Notes under the pieces: generated by a model | Told to the model about the DNA's origin: nothing | The model's database searches: none | What the model saw: the letters and a program-made list of their open reading frames with translations, nothing else | In this document: piece by piece, positions 1 through 10,490 of the stretch | How the letters are laid out: the number at the start of each line of letters is the position of its first letter | How positions within the stretch are numbered: position 1 is the stretch's first letter | Position numbers and translations under genes: made by a program | Assembly (NCBI GenBank): GCA_963710245.1 | Contig: CAVPZK010000020.1 | Coordinates: forward strand, 21,193-85,192 | Direction: 5' to 3' | Source of the DNA: an uncultured Alphaproteobacteria bacterium | GTDB taxonomy: Bacteria; Pseudomonadota; Alphaproteobacteria; Rhizobiales; Methyloligellaceae | Length of the DNA stretch: 64,000 nt

Positions 1-1496
1 CCAGCCTCGCGTTGCGCCACCATGTCCGAATAGCCGCCCGCATATTCGATCCACTTCCCCTCCCCGGCGAAGGCGATCACCGAGGTGACGGTGCGATCGA
101 GGAAGTCGCGGTCGTGACTGACGAGAATGAGCGTTCCGGGATAGGAGGCGAGCATCTCCTGCAAGAGGTCGAGCGTCTCAAGATCGAGGTCGTTGGTTGG
201 CTCGTCCAGCACCATGAGATTGGAGGGTTGCGCCAATGCCCTGGCCAAAAGTAGCCGACCGCGCTCGCCACCCGACAGCGCCTTGACCGGCGTGCGCGCC
301 TGCTCCGGCTTGAACAAAAAGTCCTTCATGTAGCCGATGACGTGGCGCGACTCCCCGTCGATGATCACCTGGTCGCCGCTGCCGCCGGTCAGGATCGTGG
401 CCACCGACGCCTCGGGGTCGAGGCTTTCGCGCTTTTGGTCGAGCGTGGCGATCTCCAGATTGGTGCCGAGCTGCACGCTGCCGGCGTCGGGAGGAAGCGC
501 GCCAGTCAGCAGATTGATGAGCGTCGTCTTGCCGGCGCCGTTGGGACCCACGATGCCGATGCGGTCGCCGCGGGCGATCTTGATGCTGAAGTCGCGCACC
601 ACGGTGAGGCCGCCATAACTCTTGGCGATGCGCCTTGCCTCGATCACCTTCTTGCCGGTCTCACGTGCCTCCTGGACCGTGAGCTTCACGTCCCCAGACG
701 GACGATTGGCCAGATCTCGCCTGCGATCGCCGCGAAGAGCGATCAGCCCCTCGAGGCGGCGCTGATTGCGCTTCCGCCTGGCGCTCACGCCGTAGCGGAG
801 CCAATGCTCCTCCTGCACGATGCGGCGGTCGAGCTTGTGGCCGGCAATCTCCTCGGCTTCGAGCATCGCATCGCGCCACGCTTCGAAGCCGGCGAAGCCC
901 TTATCGAGCCGCCGCGTGATGCCGCGATCGAGCCAGACGGTGGCCTCGGAGAGATTCTCCAAGAAGCGCCGGTCGTGACTGATCAGAACCATAGCCGAGC
1001 GCGAAGCCTTGAGCGCCGCCTCCAAGCCCTCGATGGCGACCACATCGAGATGGTTGGTGGGCTCGTCGAGCAAGAGAATATCGGGCTCAGGTGCCAGCAC
1101 GCGGGCGAGCGCCGCGCGCCGGCTTTCGCCGCCCGAAAGATGCGCCGGATCCTCCGCGCCCGTGAGGCCGAGGCTTTCCAGCAGATAGCGCGCGCGGTGC
1201 GGATCGTCGCCAGGGGGCAGGCCCGCCTCGACAAAGGCAGAAGTGGTGGCGAAGCCTGACAAATCGGGGCTTTGCGGCAGATAGCGAATGGTCACCGAGG
1301 GTTGCACGAAACGCGTGCCGGCATCCGGCTCGATCATTCCCGCGGCGATCTTGAGCAGGGTCGATTTGCCCGAGCCGTTGCGGCCGACCAGACACAGCCG
1401 CTCGAACGGGCCGATCGAGAGCTCAGCGCCGTCGAGCAAAGGCGTGCCGCCGAAGGTGAGACGGATGTCTTTAAGAAAGAGGAGCGGCGGTGCCAT
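1..1496 (-). CDS. uup: ABC-F family ATPase (Uup-like), 3' end runs off the window
   Basis: Hand translation from the ATG at 1496: MAPPLLFLKDIRLTFGGTPLLDG..., Walker A GRNGSGKST, second Walker A GPNGAGKTT, LDEPTNHLD, ending ...GKWIEYAGGYSDMVAQREA at the edge. Missing from the ORF track because no stop lies in the window. Confidence 0.85.
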   Translation of the reverse strand, partial: MAPPLLFLKDIRLTFGGTPLLDGAELSIGPFERLCLVGRNGSGKSTLLKIAAGMIEPDAGTRFVQPSVTIRYLPQSPDLSGFATTSAFVEAGLPPGDDPHRARYLLESLGLTGAEDPAHLSGGESRRAALARVLAPEPDILLLDEPTNHLDVVAIEGLEAALKASRSAMVLISHDRRFLENLSEATVWLDRGITRRLDKGFAGFEAWRDAMLEAEEIAGHKLDRRIVQEEHWLRYGVSARRKRNQRRLEGLIALRGDRRRDLANRPSGDVKLTVQEARETGKKVIEARRIAKSYGGLTVVRDFSIKIARGDRIGIVGPNGAGKTTLINLLTGALPPDAGSVQLGTNLEIATLDQKRESLDPEASVATILTGGSGDQVIIDGESRHVIGYMKDFLFKPEQARTPVKALSGGERGRLLLARALAQPSNLMVLDEPTNDLDLETLDLLQEMLASYPGTLILVSHDRDFLDRTVTSVIAFAGEGKWIEYAGGYSDMVAQREA

Positions 1497-1557
1497 GGCT
1501 TGGCTGTCCAGTGGGCGGTGGCACCCTACCCGTCCATATATGGGCTACCACGCGCGG

Positions 1558-2106
1558 CTAGGCTTGCTTCTTGTCGGTGCGGCGGCGCTTAGGGGTCGCT
1601 TTGGGCCCGCCGTCGAGATCACCGTCGGGCAGGCTGACAAAAATGAGGACGACGAGCACGGCCATATAAAAGCGGAAAGCGGGTTCCTGGCCGTTCCAGG
1701 TCTGCGACTGCCACATGGCGAACCATTCTCCGGCAACTACCATGAAGCCGAAGAACCAGACGAGGAAAGCGAGCGTAGCGCCTGCGATCACCAGGGACTT
1801 GGCCTCGTTGAACACGGCTCCCTTCGCGTTGCGCACCTGAATCAGGCGAATGGCGCCGGCGAGAAACAGGATGCCGGTCACGCCTTCGGCGGCGATGATC
1901 AGCGCATAAGCGATCTGCCACAGCACGGGGTTGGTGATCGAGCGATACATCAGCGCATTGCCGGGGAAGGTCGTGTCCATGCTCAACACGTGCTGCACGA
2001 ACAGATAGTTCGTGCCGTAGTCGGTGATGTTGTCGAAGGTGACGAGCAGGCAAAATGCGGCGAGCGCGAGGCTCATCACGATCTTGGCGTAGCGCGCGAT
2101 CAGCAT
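1558..2106 (-). CDS. DUF2165 family small integral membrane protein
   Basis: Motifs NITDYGTNYLFVQHVLSMDT and GEWFAMWQSQTWNGQ match my recollection of DUF2165; several hydrophobic segments. Confidence 0.8.
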   Translation of the reverse strand: MLIARYAKIVMSLALAAFCLLVTFDNITDYGTNYLFVQHVLSMDTTFPGNALMYRSITNPVLWQIAYALIIAAEGVTGILFLAGAIRLIQVRNAKGAVFNEAKSLVIAGATLAFLVWFFGFMVVAGEWFAMWQSQTWNGQEPAFRFYMAVLVVLIFVSLPDGDLDGGPKATPKRRRTDKKQA

Positions 2107-2164
2107 GGCGTCTCCCGCCTCAAGGCAGAGTCAGTTTAGGCGAGCTTCCATTCAACCGGAATCC

Positions 2165-2252
2165 GTCATGCCCGGCTTTATGCCGGGCATCCACGGCTTT
2201 TTGGCAACATGGCGTGAAAGACGTGGATGGCCGGGACAAACCCGGCCATGAC
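2165..2252. repeat. Rhizobiales-type intergenic palindromic element (REP/RIME-like)
   Basis: gtcatgcccggctttatgccgggcatccacg...acgtggatggccgggacaaacccggccatgac: two hairpins with complementary outer ends, just downstream of ilvC. Confidence 0.8.
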
Positions 2253-2282
2253 TGAGAATTTCTGGATTGGGTGGAGCAACGG

Positions 2283-3335
<1,053 letters not shown>

Positions 3336-3390
3336 CTAATGCTTGGGCGCGTTTGTGACGCGTGGGCCGGCAAAAAACAAGAGGTTCGGC

Positions 3391-3933
3391 CTACATCCGC
3401 TCAGGCCCGCGGGAGATGGCGGCGAGCCCGGTGCGGGCGACCTCGACCAGGCCAAGCGGCTGCATCAGCGCGATGAACTGCTCGATCTTCGACTGCTTGC
3501 CGGTGATCTCGAACACGAAATGCTCGGTCGAGGCGTCTATCACCTGCGCGCGGAAGGCGTCCGCCAGGCGCATGGCCTCAACCCGCTTCTCGCCCAGTCC
3601 TGCGACCTTGACCATGGCGAGCTCGCGCTCGATGGGATTGCCCTTCACGGTGAGGTCGGTGACGGAATGGACCGGAACCAGCCGCTCGAGCTGGTGCTGA
3701 ATCTGCTCGATGACCATCGGCGGCCCGGAGGTGACGATGGTGATGCGGCTGAGATGCGCCTCGTGCTCGGTCTCCGACACGGTGAGCGATTCGATATTGT
3801 AGCCGCGGCCGGAGAACAGGCCGATGACGCGCGCGAGCACACCGGGCTCGTTGTCGACGAGCACGGTCAAAGTGTGGGTCTCGGGCTTTTCCTCGCGCTT
3901 TTCCAGCGAATAGGCTGAACCGGGCTGGGTCAT
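3391..3933 (-). CDS. ilvN: Acetolactate synthase small (regulatory) subunit
   Basis: HTLTVLVDNEPGVLARVIGLFSGRGYNIESLTV ACT domain. Start moved to the ATG at 3933; the 4332 start in the track overlaps yqhA. Confidence 0.95.
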   Translation of the reverse strand: MTQPGSAYSLEKREEKPETHTLTVLVDNEPGVLARVIGLFSGRGYNIESLTVSETEHEAHLSRITIVTSGPPMVIEQIQHQLERLVPVHSVTDLTVKGNPIERELAMVKVAGLGEKRVEAMRLADAFRAQVIDASTEHFVFEITGKQSKIEQFIALMQPLGLVEVARTGLAAISRGPERM

Positions 3934-4475
3934 CAATGCCCTCCCCCGCCGTCGGCATTCGGGCCGCCTTTGCCGCCGGCAAGCTCGATCATGCGCAGCG
4001 CCACGGCGATCATCAGGATCGAGGCCGGCAGCACCAGCATCGACCATTGCAGATGGCCGTTCGCCTCGACGACGACGCGAGCGAAGATCACGATCAAGAC
4101 GACGATGACGACCTCGGACAGGATGCCCTTGAGCTGGCTGACCCCCTCGATCTTCATCCAATTGGGCAGCGACTTGCCGACGGTCTCCGGCAGGGTGAAG
4201 ACGAAGCCGATGGCGATGCCATAGGCGAAGATCACCAGCACGATGCCGAACAGAAAGGCGTCGACCGCCTCGAGCACCGGCACGGTCACCGACCGCTCCG
4301 CCGCCTCGCCCGGCGTCATCAGCGTGTGCCACGCCTCATGCAGATAGAAACCGCCCTGGAGGAACATCAACAGAGCGCCGATCATGGCGCCGGCCGAGCC
4401 GATCAGCATGATGGCGCGGAGGCCCAGCAGGAAGCTCAGCAATGTTCTGGTGCCGGGGCTCATTGGGAAATTCAC
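3933..4475 (-). CDS. YqhA/UPF0114 family membrane protein
   Basis: Four hydrophobic helices, VLEAVDAFLFGIVLVIFAYG and WMKIEGVSQLKGILSEVVIVVL. Its stop overlaps the ilvN start (TGATG). Confidence 0.75.
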   Translation of the reverse strand: MNFPMSPGTRTLLSFLLGLRAIMLIGSAGAMIGALLMFLQGGFYLHEAWHTLMTPGEAAERSVTVPVLEAVDAFLFGIVLVIFAYGIAIGFVFTLPETVGKSLPNWMKIEGVSQLKGILSEVVIVVLIVIFARVVVEANGHLQWSMLVLPASILMIAVALRMIELAGGKGGPNADGGGGH

Positions 4476-4568
4476 TCGATCAAGGTGGGTTCAGGCGGCG
4501 ACTCACGCGCCAAGGAGATGCTCGCTTTTGCAGGAGAACGAAGGCCAGCACAAGCGCGCTCGGCTCGC

Positions 4569-6335
4569 CTAGACCATCACCTTGCCTTCCTCGGTGATGG
4601 CGTTCTCGAGATCCTCCTCGGTCAAGTCGTCGCCCATCAGCATGTGGTTGTGCGCCTCGCCCGATGGGATCATGGGGAAGCAATTGGCATGCTTATCGAC
4701 GCGGCAATCGAAGATGACCGGTTTCTTCACCGCGATCATCTCGCGGATCGCGTCGTCGAGCTCGGAGGGTTTCTCGGCCCTGATGCCGACGGCCTGATAG
4801 GCCTCGGCGAGCTTGACGAAATCGGGCAGCGCCGCGGTGTAGGAATGCGAGTAGCGGCCGCCATGCAGCAATTCCTGCCACTGGCGCACCATGCCCATAT
4901 ATTCGTTGTTCAAGATGAAGATCTTGATCGGCAGGTCGTATTGCGCCGCCGTCGACATCTCCTGCATGGTCATCAACACCGAAGCCTCGCCGGCGATGTC
5001 GATGACGAGGCTGTCCGGGTGCGCCATTTGCACGCCGACGGCGGACGGCAGGCCATAGCCCATGGTGCCGAGCCCGCCTGACGTCATCCAGCGGTTCGGC
5101 TCCTCGAATTTGAAGAACTGGGCCGCCCACATCTGGTGCTGGCCTACTTCGGTGGTGATGTAGGTGTCGTGGCCGCGCGTCAGAGCGTAAAGCCGCTCGA
5201 TCGCGTATTGCGGCATGATCACGTCGTCGCGCTTGCGATAGTGGAGGCAGTTCCGTGCGCGCCAGCGGTCGATCTCGGCCCACCAGGATTTGAGCACGGG
5301 CTTGTCCAGCTTCGGCTTCCTGGCCTTCCAAGCGTCGATCATCTGCTCGAGCACGCGCGCGCAATCGCCGACGATGGGTAGATCGACCTTGATGTTCTTG
5401 TTGATCGACGAGCGGTCGATATCGACATGGATCTTCTTCGAGCTCGGCGAGAAGGCATCGACGCGGCCGGTGATGCGGTCGTCGAAGCGCGCGCCGATGC
5501 AGATCATCACGTCGCAGTCGTGCATGGCGTTGTTGGCCTCGTAGGTACCATGCATGCCGAGCATGCCGAGCCATTGCTTGTCTGAAGCCGGGTAAGCGCC
5601 GAGTCCCATCAGCGTCGAGGTGATCGGGAAGCCGGTCATGCGCACGAGCTCGCGCAACCGCTCGCTAGCGACGGGACCGGAATTGATGATGCCGCCGCCG
5701 GTATAGAAGATCGGCCGCTTGGCGTTCGCCATCATGTCGATCGCCGCGGCCACCGCGCGCTCATCGCCCTCGGTCTGCGGGTTGTAGCTCTTGTGCTGCG
5801 AGTTGGTGAGGCCGGTATATTCGCCGCGCGCGAACTGGATGTCCTTGGGGATGTCGACCACCACCGGACCCGGCCGGCCGGTGCGCGCGACATAGAACGC
5901 CTCGTGCAGGACGCGCGACAGCGCGTTCACGTCCTTGACGAGATAATTGTGCTTGGTGCAAGGGCGGGTGATGCCGACCGTGTCGCATTCCTGGAAGGCG
6001 TCGTTGCCGATCAGATGCGTCGGCACCTGGCCGGTGATGCAGACCACCGGAATGGAATCCATCAGCGCATCGGTCAGGCCGGTGACGGCATTGGTCGCGC
6101 CGGGGCCCGAGGTGACGAGCACGACGCCGACCTTGCCGGTCGAGCGCGCATAACCTTCAGCCGCATGCACGGCGCCTTGCTCGTGGCGCACGAGGATGTG
6201 CTTGATGCGATCCTGTTGGAACAGCTCGTCGTAGATCGGCAAGACGGCACCGCCCGGATAGCCGAAAATATGCTCGACGCCCTGATCGGCGAGAGCTTCA
6301 AGCACCATCTGGGCGCCCGTCATTGCGCGCGACAT
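4569..6335 (-). CDS. ilvB: Acetolactate synthase large subunit
   Basis: IFGYPGGAVLPIYD, RHEQGAVHAAEGYARSTG, TSGPGATN, SGGLGTMGYGLP. Confidence 0.97.
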   Translation of the reverse strand: MSRAMTGAQMVLEALADQGVEHIFGYPGGAVLPIYDELFQQDRIKHILVRHEQGAVHAAEGYARSTGKVGVVLVTSGPGATNAVTGLTDALMDSIPVVCITGQVPTHLIGNDAFQECDTVGITRPCTKHNYLVKDVNALSRVLHEAFYVARTGRPGPVVVDIPKDIQFARGEYTGLTNSQHKSYNPQTEGDERAVAAAIDMMANAKRPIFYTGGGIINSGPVASERLRELVRMTGFPITSTLMGLGAYPASDKQWLGMLGMHGTYEANNAMHDCDVMICIGARFDDRITGRVDAFSPSSKKIHVDIDRSSINKNIKVDLPIVGDCARVLEQMIDAWKARKPKLDKPVLKSWWAEIDRWRARNCLHYRKRDDVIMPQYAIERLYALTRGHDTYITTEVGQHQMWAAQFFKFEEPNRWMTSGGLGTMGYGLPSAVGVQMAHPDSLVIDIAGEASVLMTMQEMSTAAQYDLPIKIFILNNEYMGMVRQWQELLHGGRYSHSYTAALPDFVKLAEAYQAVGIRAEKPSELDDAIREMIAVKKPVIFDCRVDKHANCFPMIPSGEAHNHMLMGDDLTEEDLENAITEEGKVMV

Positions 6336-6428
6336 CGCATCCTCACTGACAAAAACCGGCCTCGCGCCTCATTCGTCCGCGGCCGGTCAGAGCTCGAGGA
6401 ATGGCGGAAAAGCCTTAACAGGCCGCGC

Positions 6429-6457
6429 ACCCTAAGGCTTGGCCCCTAGGGGGTCAA
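6429..6457 (-). promoter_or_regulatory. Putative sigma70 promoter of ilvB (TTGACC-N17-TAGGGT)
   Basis: Read on the minus strand about 95 nt upstream of the ilvB ATG; 17-nt spacer. Confidence 0.5.
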
Positions 6458-6594
6458 CGGCAAAGGCGAATGAATGACAAGAATACCACATATTTGGTTT
6501 GCGGAAATTACCGGACAAGGCCATCACGAGAGGGTTTTATTACCGCCTGGACGTCGCGCGGCGCTGGGTGAGCATAGCTTGCTTAGTGCTTGGC

Positions 6595-6623
6595 CTGGAC
6601 AAGCCGAGCCGCTCCGCCTATGT
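6595..6623 (+). promoter_or_regulatory. Putative sigma70 promoter of kup1 (CTGGAC-N17-CTATGT)
   Basis: Resembles the rhizobial CTTGAC-N17-CTATAT consensus; a near-identical arrangement precedes kup2. Confidence 0.55.
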
Positions 6624-6702
6624 CCCTCGCTTCGAGGGACCGCGGCGCCGTCAACGGCGTTATCGCAACATCTCATTCAACCCCTTCTCATTTTCCGGAT
6701 TT

Positions 6703-8622
6703 ATGCCGCAGGCCGCCAGCTCAGAGACTTCTGCCGCCAACGGCGCTGACGCCTTGCCGCTTGCCAAGCGTGCCTTCTGGGCACTCACCTTCGGCTCGAT
6801 CGGCGTCGTCTACGGCGACATCGGCACCAGCCCTCTTTACGCCCTTCGCGAAGCGGTGCTTGCCGCCAGCGGCGAGTCGGGCGTGGTCACGCCGGAGGCG
6901 ATTTACGGCGTGCTGTCGCTGATCTTCTGGTCGCTGATCTTCGTCGTTACCCTGAAATATGTGCTGATCCTGCTGCGCGCCGACAATAACGGCGAAGGCG
7001 GCACGCTCGCGCTGACCGCGTTGGCCTTCCGCGCGCTCGGACGGCGCACGCCTTTCGTGCTCGCGCTCGGCATCGTCGGCGCCTCGATGTTCTATGGCTC
7101 GACCTTGATCACGCCGGCGCTGTCGGTGCTGTCGGCAGTCGAGGGTCTAACCGTCGCCACCCGCGCGTTCCAGCCTTACGTGTTGCCGCTGACGGTTGTC
7201 ATCCTCGTGGCGCTGTTCTCGGTGCAGTCGCACGGCACGGCGCGCGTCTCGGCCTTCTTCGCGCCGATCACCTTCGTCTGGTTTCTCGCCATCGCCGTCG
7301 CCGGCGGCCTCGAGATCGTGGCCAATCCGAGCGTGCTCGCGGCGATCAACCCGGTCTACGGCATCGGCTTCTTATTCAATCACGGGATCATCGGGTTGCT
7401 CACGCTCGGCTCGGTGTTCCTCGTCGTCACCGGGTCAGAGGCGCTCTACAACGACCTCGGCCATTTCGGCAGACGGCCGATCCAGGCCGCCTGGCTCTTC
7501 TTCGTGCTGCCAGCTCTGCTGCTCAACTATTTCGGCCAAGGCGCGCTGCTGCTCGCGCATCCCGAGACGATCGAAAATCCGTTCTATCTGCTCTATCCCG
7601 ATTGGGCGCTTTATCCGATGGTCACGCTCGCTACCGCGGCCACGGCGATCGCCAGCCAGGCGGTCATCACCGGGGCCTACTCCATAACCCGCCAGGCGAT
7701 GCAGCTCGGCTTCATGCCGCGCATGGAGGTGCGCCACACATCAGAAGCGCTTTCCGGCCAGATCTACATGCCGCGCGTGAACTGGCTGCTGCTGACCGGC
7801 GTGCTCCTCCTGGTATTCATGTTCCGGTCATCAAGCGAGCTCGCTGCGGCTTATGTGCTTGCCGTCGCGACCAACGCGTGGGCCGCGGGACTCCTCGGGT
7901 TCATCGTGATCTGGAAGCTCTGGAAGTGGCCGCTTTGGGCTGCCCTTGCCTTGATGCTCCCGCTCTTCTTGATGGATACAAGCTTCGTGCTCGCCAGCAC
8001 GCTGGAGATCGTTGAAGGCGCCTGGCTGCCGGTACTCGTCGGCGCCGCACTGGTCATGATCATGTACACGTGGCGGCGCGGCACGCGCCTGCTCGCACTC
8101 AAGACACGCCGCGTCGAGGTGCCATTCGAGCCGCTTGTCAAGAGCCTCGAGGCAAAGCCGCCTCACGTGGTTCCCGGAACGGCCGTGTTCCTCACCAGCG
8201 ATCCGGACTTCGCGCCGACCGCGCTTCTGCACAATCTCAAGCACAACAAGGTGTTGCACGAGCACAATGTGATTTTGACCATCGTCAACGAGGACATTCC
8301 GCATGTCGCGCTCAAGGATCGGGTTCAGATCGAGCCGATCGGCGGCAAATTCATGCGCCTGGTTCTGCATTTCGGCTTCATGGAGCGGCCGAACGTGCCG
8401 AAGGCCTTGGCGGTCGCGCGCAAGCAAGGCTGGCAATTCGACATCATGTCGACGTCGTTCTTCCTGTCGCGCCGGTCGGTGAGACCGGACCCACGCTCAG
8501 GCATGCCGAAATGGCAGGACGGGCTCTACATCTTCCTCGCCCACAACGCCGACGACGCGTCGAGCTATTTCCAGCTGCCCACCGACCGCGTGGTGGAGAT
8601 CGGCACGCAAGTTACGGTCTAG
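6703..8622 (+). CDS. kup: KUP/HAK/KT potassium transporter (kup1), intact frame but divergent motifs
   Basis: [50 protein letters not shown]. Start placed at ATG 6703 (639 aa), downstream of the promoter, instead of 6499. Confidence 0.92.
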   Translation: MPQAASSETSAANGADALPLAKRAFWALTFGSIGVVYGDIGTSPLYALREAVLAASGESGVVTPEAIYGVLSLIFWSLIFVVTLKYVLILLRADNNGEGGTLALTALAFRALGRRTPFVLALGIVGASMFYGSTLITPALSVLSAVEGLTVATRAFQPYVLPLTVVILVALFSVQSHGTARVSAFFAPITFVWFLAIAVAGGLEIVANPSVLAAINPVYGIGFLFNHGIIGLLTLGSVFLVVTGSEALYNDLGHFGRRPIQAAWLFFVLPALLLNYFGQGALLLAHPETIENPFYLLYPDWALYPMVTLATAATAIASQAVITGAYSITRQAMQLGFMPRMEVRHTSEALSGQIYMPRVNWLLLTGVLLLVFMFRSSSELAAAYVLAVATNAWAAGLLGFIVIWKLWKWPLWAALALMLPLFLMDTSFVLASTLEIVEGAWLPVLVGAALVMIMYTWRRGTRLLALKTRRVEVPFEPLVKSLEAKPPHVVPGTAVFLTSDPDFAPTALLHNLKHNKVLHEHNVILTIVNEDIPHVALKDRVQIEPIGGKFMRLVLHFGFMERPNVPKALAVARKQGWQFDIMSTSFFLSRRSVRPDPRSGMPKWQDGLYIFLAHNADDASSYFQLPTDRVVEIGTQVTV

Positions 8623-8659
8623 GCGAACTGCCTGAATTTGCGTCACGCCCAATGGGCGA

Positions 8660-8688
8660 ATGGACAAGCGCCGCGGCAGCGCCTATAT
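8660..8688 (+). promoter_or_regulatory. Putative sigma70 promoter of kup2 (ATGGAC-N17-CTATAT)
   Basis: Same TGGACAAG-N11-CGCCTAT layout as upstream of kup1. Confidence 0.55.
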
Positions 8689-8743
8689 GCGCGTCCAGCG
8701 TAGCAAACGCGCAATCGGACAAAACCCCTCCCCCCAAACTTCC

Positions 8744-9573
8744 ATGGCGCACCGGCCACCCGTCAGCGCAACGAACGGCGCACAAGCCGAAGCTTCGACA
8801 CATCCGAGCTTCTGGGCGCTCACGCTCGGCTCAATCGGCGTCGTCTAAGGCGACATCGGCACCAGTCCTCTCTACGCTCTGCGCGAGTCGGTGCGCGCCG
8901 CGGTGGGTCCCAATGCAGTGGTGACCGAAGCGGCGATTCTCGGCATCCTTTCGCTCATCATCTGGGCGCTCTCATCGTCACCGTCAAATATGTGTTGATC
9001 CTGCTGCGCGCCGACAATAACGGCGAAGGCGGCACGCTCGCGCTGATGGCGCTCGCCAATCGCACGCTTGGCGGCAAGAGCGTGTTGATCGTCATGCTCG
9101 GCATGATCAGCGCCGCGCTGTTCTATGGAGATGCGATGATCACGCCGGCACTCTCTGTCCTTTCCGCCGTGGAAGGACTAGAGGTCATAGCGCCGGCGCT
9201 CGGGCGCTTTGTCGTGCCGCTATCGGTCGTGATCCTGTTTGCGCTGTTCATGGTGCAGTCGCACGGCACGGCGCGGGTCGCGAGCTTTTTCGGGCCGATC
9301 ACGCTCGTCTGGTTTATCGCGCTGGCCGCCGCCGGCCTCTATCATGTGGCGCTCAATCCGACCGTGCTCGCGGCGTTCAATCCGCTTTACGGCGCCAACT
9401 TCCTGTTGGGCCACGGCTATATCGGCCTGCTTACGCTCGGCGCCGTGTTTCTGGTGGTGACCGGCGCGGAAGCGCTCTACGCCGATCTCGGCCATTTTGC
9501 CGACGATGCGTCGAGCTATTTCCAGCTCCCCACCGACCGCGTGGTCGAGATCGGCACGCAAGTCACGGTTTAA
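8744..9573 (+). pseudogene. kup: Second kup copy: nonsense codon, frameshift and large in-frame internal deletion
   Basis: GSIGVV then TAA at 8846-8848 (TAC in kup1); frameshift near 8970; ...[10 protein letters not shown] joined directly to [24 protein letters not shown]. Confidence 0.85.
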
Positions 9574-10483
9574 TCGCATCGACAGCCGCATCCGCATCAG
9601 GGAACCAGGCCCAATCCTGCATGAAGCGGCGAAGCCACGTCATCTGCCGCTTGGCATAGCGGCGGCTCTCGGTCTTGGATTTCTCGACTGCCGCTGCGAG
9701 GCTGCTGTCGCCTGAGAGATAAGCGGCAAGCTCGCGCACCCCATGCGCCCGCATCGCGGGGAGACCGGGATCGAGGCCGAGCGCGAGAAGGGCCCGCACC
9801 TCCTCGATGGCACCCTGCGCGATCATGCGGTCGAAGCGCGAATCGATCGCCGTGTAAAGCGCCTCGCGCTCGGGCGCGATGACGACCCTGAGCACGGCGT
9901 CAGGCTCAAGTAATGGAGCCGCATCTGCGCCCTGCCACTCGGCGAGCGAAATGAAGGTCGCGGCGATCACTTCCAGCGCGCGCAAGATACGCTGGGGATC
10001 GCTCGGGCGGAGCCTTGCCGCCATGACGGGATCGCGCGCTTGAAGCTCGCGATAGAGGCCGGCAGTGCCCATCCTCTCCGCTTCCGCCCGCCAATGGGCG
10101 CGTATCTCCGGCGGCACGTCGGGGACAGCGGCTAGCCCTTCGGTGAGCGCCTTAAAATAGAGGCCGGTGCCGCCGACGAAGACCGGCACATGTCCCTCGC
10201 TTGCCGCCTCGCGCAGAGCGCGCGCCGCATCTTCGACAAAGCGGCCTGCCGAATAGGACTCGCTGGCGGGGACCGTGCCGTAGAGACGGTGCGGGGCGAG
10301 CAGCATCTCCGTTTTGGAGGGGCGCGCCGTGAGGACGGCAAGCTCACGATAGACTTGCATGGAATTGGCGTTGATGACGGCGCCGCCGAGGCGTTGGGCG
10401 AGGTCGAACGCGGTCGCGGATTTGCCGCTAGCGGTCGGGCCGGCGATGAGAATGGCCTTGGGCCGGCCGACATTCAGTGCCAC
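9563..10483 (-). CDS. miaA: tRNA dimethylallyltransferase
   Basis: [13 protein letters not shown]-loop, [43 protein letters not shown] start. Confidence 0.93.
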   Translation of the reverse strand: MALNVGRPKAILIAGPTASGKSATAFDLAQRLGGAVINANSMQVYRELAVLTARPSKTEMLLAPHRLYGTVPASESYSAGRFVEDAARALREAASEGHVPVFVGGTGLYFKALTEGLAAVPDVPPEIRAHWRAEAERMGTAGLYRELQARDPVMAARLRPSDPQRILRALEVIAATFISLAEWQGADAAPLLEPDAVLRVVIAPEREALYTAIDSRFDRMIAQGAIEEVRALLALGLDPGLPAMRAHGVRELAAYLSGDSSLAAAVEKSKTESRRYAKRQMTWLRRFMQDWAWFPDADAAVDAIKP

Positions 10484-10490
10484 GGCGCGG

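Noticed and set aside
6622-6672. Two small hairpins in the kup1 leader (GTCCCTC/GAGGGAC and a CGCCG pair) as a c-di-AMP (ydaO) riboswitch
   Set aside because: Too short and lacking the ydaO consensus; c-di-AMP is not expected in this lineage.
6499-6702. N-terminal extension of kup1 shown in the ORF track
   Set aside because: Not Kup-like, and it spans the predicted promoter; ATG 6703 gives a normal length.
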